From: Candidatus Latescibacterota bacterium
Lineage (GTDB): Bacteria > Latescibacterota > UBA2968
Length of the DNA stretch: 64,000 nt
Direction: 5' to 3'
NCBI GenBank assembly: GCA_965205975.1
Contig: OZ242195.1
Span: 1-64,000, forward strand
Every line of letters begins with the position of its first letter. Position 1 is the first letter of the stretch. The position numbers were made by a program, and so were the translations under genes. This document shows, in pieces, positions 1-8,964 of this stretch. The notes under the pieces are model-generated. The model saw only the letters and a list, made by a program, of their open reading frames with translations. It was not told the DNA's origin and did no database searches.

Positions 1-459
1 CTGATATTGCTCGTGAGGGGCGATCCCATAACCCATGTTTTACTCGGTTATAAAAAGCGCGGGTTTGGCGCAGGGAAATACACGGGTATTGGCGGGAAAA
101 TCGAGTTAGGCGAAACAGTGCGTGCAGCCGCTGTGCGCGAAATGCGTGAAGAAACAGGCGTTGTGATGTCGTCTCGGGACCTGGTAGATGCCGGGCATTT
201 GACGTTTTATTTTCCCGCCCGTCCCAAATGGAGTCTCACGACCCGTATTTTTGTTGGGCGCAGGTGGCAGGGCGAGCCGACGGAAACAGGGGAAATACGC
301 CCTGTATGGTTTGAAATTGATCACCTGCCCTTTGATGCGATGTGGGATGATGCTACCTACTGGTATCCCTATGTGCTGGAGAATAAGTGCGTCAGGGCGA
401 CATTTACATTTTCCACTGATTGCAAAACCGTAGCGGCCAGCCAGATTGAGATATGGTAG
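1..459 (+). CDS. Nudix hydrolase, MutT/NUDT1-like 8-oxo-dGTP diphosphatase (probably 5'-truncated by window edge)
   Basis: Nudix box GGKIELGETVRAAAVREMREETGV; KKRGFGAG and MWDDA..W motifs of the MTH1 type; frame is open from base 1. Confidence 0.85.
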   Translation: MILLVRGDPITHVLLGYKKRGFGAGKYTGIGGKIELGETVRAAAVREMREETGVVMSSRDLVDAGHLTFYFPARPKWSLTTRIFVGRRWQGEPTETGEIRPVWFEIDHLPFDAMWDDATYWYPYVLENKCVRATFTFSTDCKTVAASQIEIW

Positions 460-474
460 CTGTGTGTTTTTTTC

Positions 475-504
475 TTGACTCTTGTGGTAAAATCACTATA
501 TAGT
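475..504 (+). promoter_or_regulatory. Putative sigma-70 promoter of the sigma factor gene
   Basis: TTGACT (475-480), 18-nt spacer, TATAGT (499-504) in AT-rich intergenic DNA. Confidence 0.45.
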
Positions 505-566
505 CAGAACGTTTAATAAACAAAACTTAATAACCCCTTTACTTTCTCTTTAATGAGGTGATTGCT

Positions 567-1418
567 TTGCCTACATCAGCCAAAGGTGTCCCCAAAGATG
601 CACTGCACCACTACCTCGAAGATGTAGCTTCGTCTCAACCTCTGTCTTCCGCAGAGGAGGTTGAACTTGCTGTTCGCATTCGCGAGGGCGATCAGAATGC
701 GCGAGCCAAACTCATTGAAGCCAATCTGCGCTTTGTGATCACTGTGGCCTACGAATATCAAAATCAAGGTGTACCGCTCGTGGATCTCATCAGCGCGGGA
801 AACGTCGGTTTGATCACAGCGGCAGAGCGTTTTGACGAGACGAGAGGGTTTAAGTTTATCTCTTATGCTGTTTGGTGGATTCGCCAATCTATTTTACAAA
901 CTCTGGCGGAACACGCCAGGGTCGTGCGTCTTCCACTAAATCGCGTGGAATTGCTCAGGCGTATATCTCGCTGTAAAAACAACCAGAAGCAAGAGCCTTC
1001 GACGCGCACTGCGGAAGAAGAAATTGCCGAAGAATTGGATATTCCGGTGGAGCAGGTTACGGATATTCTCACGAGTGGGCAGCGCACTTTGTCTCTCGAT
1101 ACGTCTCTTGGCGATGGGGAAAATAGCCTTCTTGAAATGATGCCCGACAACTCGCAAGAGCCGCCGGATGCAATGACGCTGCGAAATACCCTGAGAGATG
1201 AAATCTCAAGTGCTTTGAGTACCCTTGATGAACGCGAGCAAAAAGTCATCCGACTCTATTTTGGATTGGGCGGCGGCACGGAGATGACACTCGAAGAAAT
1301 TGGTAAGCAATTTCGCCTGACGCGCGAAAGGATTCGTCAAATAAAAGAAAAAGCACTTCGAAAATTGCGCCATCCCACGCGCGGACGAAAGCTGATGCCC
1401 TATGCGGAAGATACGTGA
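567..1418 (+). CDS. RNA polymerase sigma-70 factor, RpoD/SigA family (short, lacks region 1.1)
   Basis: LIEANLRFVI, DLISAGNVGLITAAERFD..RGFKFISYAVWWIRQ (region 2); TLEEIG..F.LTRERIRQIKEKAL (region 4); TTG start at 567 follows GAGGTG (alternative GTG at 558). Confidence 0.9.
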   Translation: MPTSAKGVPKDALHHYLEDVASSQPLSSAEEVELAVRIREGDQNARAKLIEANLRFVITVAYEYQNQGVPLVDLISAGNVGLITAAERFDETRGFKFISYAVWWIRQSILQTLAEHARVVRLPLNRVELLRRISRCKNNQKQEPSTRTAEEEIAEELDIPVEQVTDILTSGQRTLSLDTSLGDGENSLLEMMPDNSQEPPDAMTLRNTLRDEISSALSTLDEREQKVIRLYFGLGGGTEMTLEEIGKQFRLTRERIRQIKEKALRKLRHPTRGRKLMPYAEDT

Positions 1419-1430
1419 AAAAAACAAAAG

Positions 1431-1507
1431 CGAATAGACGAATAGACGAATAGACGAACCCCGCCCAACCCCTCAACTGCTATCGTAGATTCGCTGATTC
1501 GCCTATT
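1431..1507. repeat. Octamer tandem repeat (CGAATAGA x3.5) with an imperfect inverted copy, between convergent genes
   Basis: cgaatagacgaatagacgaatagacgaa at 1431-1458; atcgtagattcgctgattcgcctatt at ~1482-1507 is a degenerate reverse complement. Confidence 0.6.
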
Positions 1508-1512
1508 GTGAG

Positions 1513-2889
1513 CTATCCAGATTTAGCGGGGTTTGCATTTCGCTGCAATTTCTCCACGCATTCTCGAAACCGCTGACCGCGCTCTTCAAAATTGCGAAAC
1601 TGGTCGTAACTCGCCGATGCTGGCGATAGCAATACCACATCGCCAGCTTGTGCGAGACCTGTCGCACATCCCATCGCTTCTTCCAAATTTTTTACGCGGT
1701 GAATATTGGTTTTCCTTTTTGCTGTTGCCGCAATCGCGTCCCCGGTGTCGCCCATCACAATCAGATGTGCGACTTTTTCCGCTATCGCTACTCCCAAAGT
1801 GTCAAATGCAATGCCTTTATCGTAGCCCCCTGCAATCAGCACGATCGGTCCGTCAAATGCCATGAGTGCTGTGCGCGTGCGATCGGGACTCGTGGCTATT
1901 GAATCGTTCACATAGAGAACGCCGTTCACTTCTGCCACCTGCTCCAATCTGTGCGGTACTCCCTGAAATGTCTGCAATACTTCGGCGATATTTTCTTCAG
2001 ATACGCCGCTCATGACCGCTGCACCCGTGGCTGCCAGCGCGTTGGCGAGGTTGTGCCGCCCGCGCAAAGATATGGTATCTACAAAACAGATGGTTCGCGG
2101 TTCGTCTTCGATTGTGTGTTGAATTTTTCCCTCGCGAACAAATACATCTCCTTCGCCTTCAGCGGCAAATACCACCCGCTGCCCTGCGCCTGCCCAACGT
2201 GACACTTCGGCATCTTCTCCGTTGACAATTGCCCAATCGCTTTTTGTCTGGTGTCTGACGATTTGCTGCTTGGCTTGCCGATACGCTTGTAGAGATCCGT
2301 GAATGTCGATGTGATTTGGCGCAAAATTGGTTATGACAGCTATGTGGGGGCTCCAGGGCAGATCGCCCAGTCGGTCGAGTTGAAAGCTCGATAATTCCAG
2401 TACGACGGGTACATCGGCGTGTAGCAGGTCCAATTCATCCAGCAACGATCCACCAATATTGCCGCCGATTTGCGTGCGTTTGTCTTTTCGCTTCAACATT
2501 TCTCCTATAAGCGAGGTTGTCGTGGTTTTGCCACTGCTGCCCGTTACACCGATTATGGGCGCGGGACAGCGTTCGACAAATAGGCAGATTTCCGATGTGA
2601 TGGGTACGCCCGCAGATTCTGCGATTTTCAAGTATCGCGATGACCGGGGCACCGCGGGGTTGGCGACAATTAAATCTGCGTTCTGGAAATCCGTTTCTTC
2701 GTGCCTCCCCAGCACAAAGGCGATGGGTAATCCTTTCAGGGCGCGTACCGAAGCGCGCAGGTCTTTTTCAGGGCGCAAGTCCGTCACTGTCACCACCGCG
2801 CCTTCGCGTAGCAGAAAACGCACCGCTCCCACGCCCCCGCCAAATAATCCCAATCCCATTACTGTGACGCGCTGGCCTTTTAAGTTCAC
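1513..2889 (-). CDS. murD: UDP-N-acetylmuramoyl-L-alanine--D-glutamate ligase
   Basis: VTVMGLGLFGGG, GVTGSSGKTTT, VLELSSFQL, HRLE, NDSIAT, LLSPASASYDQFRNFEERG; GTG start at 2889 after GGAG (the longer ORF overlaps moxR). Confidence 0.95.
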   Translation of the reverse strand: MNLKGQRVTVMGLGLFGGGVGAVRFLLREGAVVTVTDLRPEKDLRASVRALKGLPIAFVLGRHEETDFQNADLIVANPAVPRSSRYLKIAESAGVPITSEICLFVERCPAPIIGVTGSSGKTTTTSLIGEMLKRKDKRTQIGGNIGGSLLDELDLLHADVPVVLELSSFQLDRLGDLPWSPHIAVITNFAPNHIDIHGSLQAYRQAKQQIVRHQTKSDWAIVNGEDAEVSRWAGAGQRVVFAAEGEGDVFVREGKIQHTIEDEPRTICFVDTISLRGRHNLANALAATGAAVMSGVSEENIAEVLQTFQGVPHRLEQVAEVNGVLYVNDSIATSPDRTRTALMAFDGPIVLIAGGYDKGIAFDTLGVAIAEKVAHLIVMGDTGDAIAATAKRKTNIHRVKNLEEAMGCATGLAQAGDVVLLSPASASYDQFRNFEERGQRFRECVEKLQRNANPAKSG

Positions 2890-2909
2890 GGGAAATCTCC
2901 AGGTGAGTG

Positions 2910-3896
2910 CTATTCTTTTAACAATTGATCGATGAGATCGACCGGGGTGATGCCTTCGGCTTCGGCGTTGAAATTTGTGACGAGGCGATGGCGCAATACG
3001 GGTTTGGCGACAAAAGATACGTCGTCTATAGAGGGTGCAAAGCGTCCGCTGAGCACGGCGCGCGCTTTGGCACCCAGGATAAGGCATTGAGAGGCGCGCG
3101 GGCCGGCACCCCATCTGAGCATGTTGCCGATGGATGTGTCTGCATTTTGAGGACGGGTTTTGCGGACGAGATCTACTGCGTGATCTACGATGTGATCGGC
3201 TACTGGGACTTTGCGGATGAGTTGCTGGAGATCGCGAATTTGTTTGGCGTTGATTACGGGTTGCACGTCGTGGGTTTGGGCACCTGTGGTGGCTTTGACA
3301 ATGGCGCGTTCTTCTTCTTTGGTGGGATAATCGATCCACAGGTTAAAGATGAAGCGGTCGAGTTGGGCTTCGGGCAGGGGATAGGTGCCTTCTTGTTCGA
3401 TGGGATTTTGGGTGGCTAAGACAAAGAACGGTTCTTCGAGGCGAAAGGTTCCTCCCCCGGCGGTGACTTCGTGTTCTTGCATGGCCTGCAATAAGGCGGC
3501 CTGGGTTTTGGGGGGGGTGCGATTGATTTCATCGGCCAGGATGATGTTGGCAAATAAGGGACCTTTGACAAAGCGGAATGCTTTGTGTCCGGTGGTTTGG
3601 TCTTCTTCGAGGAGTTCTGTGCCCGTGATGTCCGAAGGCATGAGGTCGGGGGTAAATTGGATGCGGCTGAAGGACAGGTCGAGGGCGCGTGCGAGGGTGC
3701 TGATGAGGAGCGTTTTGGCCAGGCCGGGCACGCCGACGAGCAAACAATGGCCCCCGCAGAGGAGGGCGATGAGTAGCTGATCGACGATTTCCCGCTGACC
3801 AATAATGACTTTGCCAATTTCGGCGACGATCTGGTCATACGCGGTTTTTAATTGTTCAACTGCCTGGAGGTCTTCGTGAGGTGATGCTTCGGGCAT
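2910..3896 (-). CDS. MoxR-family AAA+ ATPase
   Basis: GVPGLAKT, RIQFTPDLMPSDITG, LADEINRTPPKTQAALL, ATQNPIEQEGTYPLPEAQLDRF; start MPEASP at 3896. Confidence 0.95.
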   Translation of the reverse strand: MPEASPHEDLQAVEQLKTAYDQIVAEIGKVIIGQREIVDQLLIALLCGGHCLLVGVPGLAKTLLISTLARALDLSFSRIQFTPDLMPSDITGTELLEEDQTTGHKAFRFVKGPLFANIILADEINRTPPKTQAALLQAMQEHEVTAGGGTFRLEEPFFVLATQNPIEQEGTYPLPEAQLDRFIFNLWIDYPTKEEERAIVKATTGAQTHDVQPVINAKQIRDLQQLIRKVPVADHIVDHAVDLVRKTRPQNADTSIGNMLRWGAGPRASQCLILGAKARAVLSGRFAPSIDDVSFVAKPVLRHRLVTNFNAEAEGITPVDLIDQLLKE

Positions 3897-3909
3897 TTTG
3901 TTTCCTTTC

Positions 3910-5262
3910 TCAGGTTTTGCGTTTTTCTTTTTTCGCCGCCGGGAAGAGAATATTGTTGAGGATGAGGCGATAGCCCGGCGAATTTTTGTGCAGTGCGAGT
4001 TGCGTGGGCGGGTCGTTGACAAAGTGCTGATAGTCTTCCGGGTCGTGTCCCGCATAAAATGTGAATGTGCCTTTGCCGATGTTGCCGTGGATGTATTTGA
4101 CGTGGTCTGTGCCGGGGATATCGCCCATGATGGTGACGGATTTTTTGATGCGGTTTTTGCGAAAGGCGGTGGTTTGGCCCAAAAAGCCGGGGACGATGGG
4201 CGTGTGATTTTGCGTGAGCATGGTGGGCACGGGATCGTATTTTGCCGAAAATTCAAATAGTGAAAAGGCGTCGATATCGGCATTTTTGATCTGGCTTATT
4301 TCAATGGGCGACAGGTCGATGTCGGCGTGTTCATATTCGAGGGGGTCCATAACGAGGTTGAAGTTTTCAAAGGCAATGGTGCGCGAAAAATCGAGTTTTT
4401 GTCGCGCCTGTGGATCTGCGGGGTCGCCGTCGTAAACGCTATCGACTATGTCGATCCCGCGCGCGGCAAGGGCTATGTCAAAGGTATCGGTGGCAGAGCA
4501 CATGGCAAAGAGAAAGCCGCCCTGTGCGACGTAGTTGTAAATGGCCTGTGCTACCGCGCCTTTGAGATGGGCTACTTTGGCAAAGCCCAATTTGCCGGCG
4601 AGGGCTTTGAATCCGGCCTGTTGTTGTCGGTACCAGAGGGTGTGGCCGTGGCTGCGATAAAATTTGCCGTATTGTCCCGTGAAGTCTTCGTGATGCAGGT
4701 GCAGCCAGTCGAAGTTTTCGAGTTTGCCCATGAGGACTTCTTCGTCCCACAAGGTGGTGTAGGGGATTTCCGCGTACGTGAGGGCGAGTGTGACGGCGTC
4801 GTCCCAGGGCTGTTTGTGCGGGGGGGTATAGACCGCGATGCGGGGTGCTCTTTCAAGGCGCATGCGATTCATGTTGCCGGATTCAATATCGGCGTAGATG
4901 CGCGTGGCCTGCGCGGCTGAGATGGCCTGGAATGAGATGGCGCGTATTCGGGCTTCGCGCGCGATGGTTTCGTGGTTGTCGATGAGGAAGGAGCCGCCGC
5001 GGTAGTTGAGCAACCATTCGACGGGATGGCCCTGCTGCAATGCCCAATACGCAATGCCGTAGGCTTTGAGATGATCTGTTTGCGATACGTCCATGGGGAC
5101 GAGTATTTTGCCGACGTTCGCGCTTCCACCACCAATCGCCGCTGGGGAGATGGATGGTGTTGTTAGGATGAGGAGGACGAGAAGTGTGAAGTATAAAGTG
5201 TGAAGTGTGAAATGGGTGAGGCTTGAGTTTCGCGTCTCACTTTTTTGCCGTTTCAATGTCAT
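3910..5262 (-). CDS. Conserved exported protein, glutamine-amidotransferase-like fold (FCB family often labelled 'asparagine synthetase B')
   Basis: HLKAYGIAYW, WLLNYRGGSF, PWDDAVTLALTYAEIPY, DWLHLHHEDFTGQYGKFY, GHDPEDYQH, NSPGYRLILNNILFPAA; N-terminal hydrophobic signal; start uncertain. Confidence 0.75.
   Translation of the reverse strand: MTLKRQKSETRNSSLTHFTLHTLYFTLLVLLILTTPSISPAAIGGGSANVGKILVPMDVSQTDHLKAYGIAYWALQQGHPVEWLLNYRGGSFLIDNHETIAREARIRAISFQAISAAQATRIYADIESGNMNRMRLERAPRIAVYTPPHKQPWDDAVTLALTYAEIPYTTLWDEEVLMGKLENFDWLHLHHEDFTGQYGKFYRSHGHTLWYRQQQAGFKALAGKLGFAKVAHLKGAVAQAIYNYVAQGGFLFAMCSATDTFDIALAARGIDIVDSVYDGDPADPQARQKLDFSRTIAFENFNLVMDPLEYEHADIDLSPIEISQIKNADIDAFSLFEFSAKYDPVPTMLTQNHTPIVPGFLGQTTAFRKNRIKKSVTIMGDIPGTDHVKYIHGNIGKGTFTFYAGHDPEDYQHFVNDPPTQLALHKNSPGYRLILNNILFPAAKKEKRKT
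5181..5211. repeat. Heptamer tandem repeat (GAAGTGT-like)
   Basis: gaagtgt gaagtat aaagtgt gaagtgt gaa; the same family recurs reverse-complemented at 17838-17869. Confidence 0.6.
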
Positions 5263-5341
5263 CCCGTTTCCTTTTCTCAAAAAAGCAACAAGGGTTTCTA
5301 TCGCCTGTTCTGCCGCTTCTTTTCTATTTGTATCAAGATAT

Positions 5342-7033
5342 CTATAGCATCGGTTGTTGAGTGCTGCCAAGCATCTCCAGTAGGTCGCCACGCCTGAAGG
5401 TCGCTGACAACTGCTGAAGCGAAACCTGCCTTTTGCCATAGCAAGCCTTTAACGCATCTTTCAGCGATTGGATGGCATCCGCCTGGTATTGGGCTTGATT
5501 GTCTTCAAATGCCTGTAAGAGTCCCTGAACGTTTTGATGGGAAACTTGATCAGGGGAGATACCCTCATCTTTTAAGAGCTTGCGGCCGATCAACATGGCG
5601 ATGCAGTGGGACGAATAGGGCAAAAAATCCGGTGGCACTGCCATTGTCGGGCGTTTTCTTTCGTTCTCGACAGCCCTGAAAATTAAGACCGCAAGCAGTG
5701 CTTGGGCCGCGTTGAGTTGCCTAAAAATATCCTCGTACAGTTTTCCGAAGTGCTCTTTACGACGAAACTTGGCCTGATGCGGCCTTTCCCGCCAGATAGC
5801 TAGCACGGCTTCCGCCACAACCGAACTGGTGATGACCGATGAACCACCTCCTCCTTCATCCCTCTTGCGTTTATAAGTATAGCCCAGATCAGACAGGCCC
5901 AGTTCCAGCTGATTCTGCATCTCATCGTTGGAGCGCAAGTCCCTGAGATCCACAGGGTTTTGACTGTTGGTAGCGTAGGTGATGTCCTGGATAAATTCTC
6001 TATGTGTATCGGCCAACTGGTAAATGCGAATCAGCAGATAGGCCGATTTACCTACGAGATTGGGAATGGGTAACACGCCATTGAGCGTTTCTTGGATTGT
6101 CTTGCAGGTCTGGCCTCCGTTAATCACCTGCATATTCTCGAGTCGCACCTGGTAGTCTAATTGCTGAAAGGCGTTATAATCAAATCGGTCGCAGACCACA
6201 GTAATGCCATTGTTGTAGAAATAGAATTTGTCGGATTTGGCTGAATTGCAAAGCGTCTCGTGAATTGCCGTGTTGACACGATTGGTGTGAAGCCCAAGAT
6301 AACGGCGGATATTGCGCTCGAGCAAGCTGTCACCATGTTCATTAAACAGTCTTTGGATCTCCTGAACGGAAATGCGCCCAACCAAAACGCGCATATAATT
6401 CATATCTTCTACGATGGCTTTCCCACTCAGTGTCAGGGTGGTATCCGTCTGTTGGCTGCGCTGCAAGATGCTGACGATGGAATCATGGTTGAAGTGGAGA
6501 AATTTCACTTTGCCGTCGTAGCTTCCTTCTGTGTCAGCTACCCAATTATCTGCTTGGGATGTCCATCTGTCTCCGTTATTGCAAAGGATTACCCGAACGT
6601 TGGGAATATACCCATCGCGGATCAACGAGCGAATTTCTTCGATTTTAGGGGCTATTATTGGGTTCAGCGCGACGTCCCTATTGGGATCAAACAGCACCCG
6701 AACAGTACCTGAAGCTTTTTGCACATCGTTTTCCGGGAAGTTTGCTTTGCCACTCAGGTCATTGATTTTGTACTTGCCTTGAAAAATCGTGACAAGAAAA
6801 TCACCGTCTTCTACCTCACCAATATGAAGTCCGTCAACACCGGCATCGTTCCCGCCCTCGGTAAGCAGTTCGGCACTGTCTTCAAGCGTCATTTCAAGGC
6901 ATGTTGACATGCACAGGAGCACAAATGCCGCTGACTTCTTTTTGTTGATATCGTTTCCTTCCGGTAGCCATTCGGGGTGATTGTCAACAATACCTGATAT
7001 CCTCTGATCGATAATACTGGCATTGATATTCAT
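5342..7033 (-). CDS. AIPR-family (abortive infection phage resistance) protein
   Basis: N-terminal DAGVDG...FQGKY nuclease-like motif; NIRRYLG, FYFYNNGITVVC, QVINGGQT, TNSQN are AIPR core motifs. Confidence 0.88.
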   Translation of the reverse strand: MNINASIIDQRISGIVDNHPEWLPEGNDINKKKSAAFVLLCMSTCLEMTLEDSAELLTEGGNDAGVDGLHIGEVEDGDFLVTIFQGKYKINDLSGKANFPENDVQKASGTVRVLFDPNRDVALNPIIAPKIEEIRSLIRDGYIPNVRVILCNNGDRWTSQADNWVADTEGSYDGKVKFLHFNHDSIVSILQRSQQTDTTLTLSGKAIVEDMNYMRVLVGRISVQEIQRLFNEHGDSLLERNIRRYLGLHTNRVNTAIHETLCNSAKSDKFYFYNNGITVVCDRFDYNAFQQLDYQVRLENMQVINGGQTCKTIQETLNGVLPIPNLVGKSAYLLIRIYQLADTHREFIQDITYATNSQNPVDLRDLRSNDEMQNQLELGLSDLGYTYKRKRDEGGGGSSVITSSVVAEAVLAIWRERPHQAKFRRKEHFGKLYEDIFRQLNAAQALLAVLIFRAVENERKRPTMAVPPDFLPYSSHCIAMLIGRKLLKDEGISPDQVSHQNVQGLLQAFEDNQAQYQADAIQSLKDALKACYGKRQVSLQQLSATFRRGDLLEMLGSTQQPML

Positions 7034-8964
7034 GATCCCGCTTCCTTTGTTTTTTCGAGGGTTTGAATTTTTTGTCGGAGGTTTCGCAATCGCTCGCGGG
7101 CTATGTCGGCTTCGAGGCTTGTGGGATAGTTGACGAGCAGGGTTTCATAGATTTTTTGCGCGTCGTAATATTGGCCGAGGTATTTGTCGTATATCGCGCC
7201 CTGTGCGATGTGTGCGGCGGGGGAAAGCGGACTATGGGGTTGTGTGGCGATGAGTTTGCGATATGTTTGTATAGCTTGTGTATAGCGTTTCTGGTCGGCG
7301 TAAATTTTTGCCTGATGGTCGAGCAAGCGATCCGCGAGAAAGGATTGCGGATGGGCGCGATGGAGGGTTTCAAATGCGCCCAACGCACCGTTTTGATCTT
7401 TTTGTCGCAGCTTGAGGCAGGCACTGGCATACGCGCTGAGCAGGGTTGCGTCTGCGCGCTGGCCTTCTTGTAATAGCGCGGATAGGGCGATGGCGTCGTT
7501 TATGATGTCGCGGTTGAGTTGTGTTTTGAGCACGGCGTTGAGCAGGGTTTGTGCCTTGTCGATCTGGTCTGTTAGAAAATGCAATTCGGCGAGGCGAAAG
7601 CGGGCTTCGGTTGCTTCGGAGGCGGTTGCTCTTTCGGCGATGATCTGGTAGTAAATGTTCCGCGTCTTATCTGTGCTGTTCGTCTGTAGATGTCCTTCGG
7701 CGAGTGCAAATAGTGCCTTGTATCGCCAGGTGCTGCGCCGATGGGTCTGGATCAGGTTTTGAAATGCTTTTTGAGCACCTGCGTCGTCGTTGAGGTAGTC
7801 GCGCAAGATGAGGCCCACGAGAAAACGGGCTTCGTCGGCCTCTGCGCGGTTGGGGTGACGGGCGATGAGGTCGCTGTAGTGGGTTTGTGCATCGGTGGGG
7901 CGGTTTGCAAGCTGATGTGCTTTGCCCAGGCCCAATTGTGCGCGCGCCAGATGGTCGGGATGGTCTGCGCGGTCGCATATCGCTTGATAAGCAGCTATGG
8001 CGGTTGTGGGATTTTCATTGTCGAGGGCATAGTTCGCAATGCGGAACAGATAATTCCAGTTATTGTCTGTGGGCGCATTGGGCGAGAGCAAAAGGTCGAG
8101 TGTTTGCGCGATAAATCCAGCGGGCAGGGCGTATTCGATGAGCAGGCTGAGATGGGTTTGGTCTTTGGGCGATGAGAGCAGGTCAAAGATCTCGGCGTGC
8201 TGGTCGCCGTTTTGGGCAAAATCGCGCAGGCGTGCTTCAACGTGCGCGCGATATTGCGGGTTTTGCTGAATCCAGATCAGGTATTCGCACACAGCGTCGG
8301 GATAATGGGCGCGGCGTTCGGCAAGTTCGGCGAGTTCGCGGGCAAAAAGCGTTGTTTTTTTGAGTGCGGTTCTCGCGCGGCGATAGGTCTGTTCGGCGCG
8401 TTTGTCGAGGTTGCGTTTGCGATAGCGGTCGGCAATGACGGCAAAGGGGTGTGTGGTGGTCGCCTGCTGAAGCAGGGGTTCCCAAGATGCAGCTGCGGAA
8501 TCTATTTGGCCCAGTTCAAAGAGGGCGATGCCCAGGCGCAGGCGCGCGTTGTTATCATTTGGAACAGACGACAGGCGTTGGCGCAACAGCGCAGCGACTT
8601 CGTCATGCCTGCCCGCCCGCGAAAGTGCGGCTTCGAGGCGCATGAGGAGGTCGGCGCGATGGGGATGCTGGAGGTAAAGGCCGCGGTAGATGTAGATCGC
8701 GCTTGTGAAGTCCTTTTTGGCTTCAAGGGCTATTGCACGCTGGAGCGCGGCGTTGATCTGCTCGGTAGATGCGATAGCAGTTCCCGCGCATAAGAGAAGG
8801 ATGGCGAATAGACGAAGCGGGGTACAACTGCGCCAGCAGTTCATAGACGGAGCGGGGTACAACTGCGATAGCAGTTCATAGACGAATCGACGCAACGGAG
8901 TCCCATTGCATCTGTGTTTATCTGTGTTCATCTGTGGTTGCATTTGTCTTTTTCGCATCTTCAA
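7030..8964 (-). CDS. Exported tetratricopeptide-repeat protein
   Basis: Repeated TPR-like helices (ARLRLGIALFELG, EARFRLAELHF, AIQTYRKLIATQPHS); signal-like LFAILLLCAGTAIAS; start uncertain because the 5' end is built of DNA repeats. Confidence 0.8.
   Translation of the reverse strand: MKMRKRQMQPQMNTDKHRCNGTPLRRFVYELLSQLYPAPSMNCWRSCTPLRLFAILLLCAGTAIASTEQINAALQRAIALEAKKDFTSAIYIYRGLYLQHPHRADLLMRLEAALSRAGRHDEVAALLRQRLSSVPNDNNARLRLGIALFELGQIDSAAASWEPLLQQATTTHPFAVIADRYRKRNLDKRAEQTYRRARTALKKTTLFARELAELAERRAHYPDAVCEYLIWIQQNPQYRAHVEARLRDFAQNGDQHAEIFDLLSSPKDQTHLSLLIEYALPAGFIAQTLDLLLSPNAPTDNNWNYLFRIANYALDNENPTTAIAAYQAICDRADHPDHLARAQLGLGKAHQLANRPTDAQTHYSDLIARHPNRAEADEARFLVGLILRDYLNDDAGAQKAFQNLIQTHRRSTWRYKALFALAEGHLQTNSTDKTRNIYYQIIAERATASEATEARFRLAELHFLTDQIDKAQTLLNAVLKTQLNRDIINDAIALSALLQEGQRADATLLSAYASACLKLRQKDQNGALGAFETLHRAHPQSFLADRLLDHQAKIYADQKRYTQAIQTYRKLIATQPHSPLSPAAHIAQGAIYDKYLGQYYDAQKIYETLLVNYPTSLEADIARERLRNLRQKIQTLEKTKEAGS
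8808..8937. repeat. 35-bp tandem repeat x2 (internal hairpin AACTGC-N4-GCAGTT) plus ATCTGTGTT decamer repeats
   Basis: 8808-8842 atagacgaagcggggtacaactgcgccagcagttc; 8843-8877 atagacggagcggggtacaactgcgatagcagttc; then atctgtgttt atctgtgttc atctgtgg. Confidence 0.8.
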
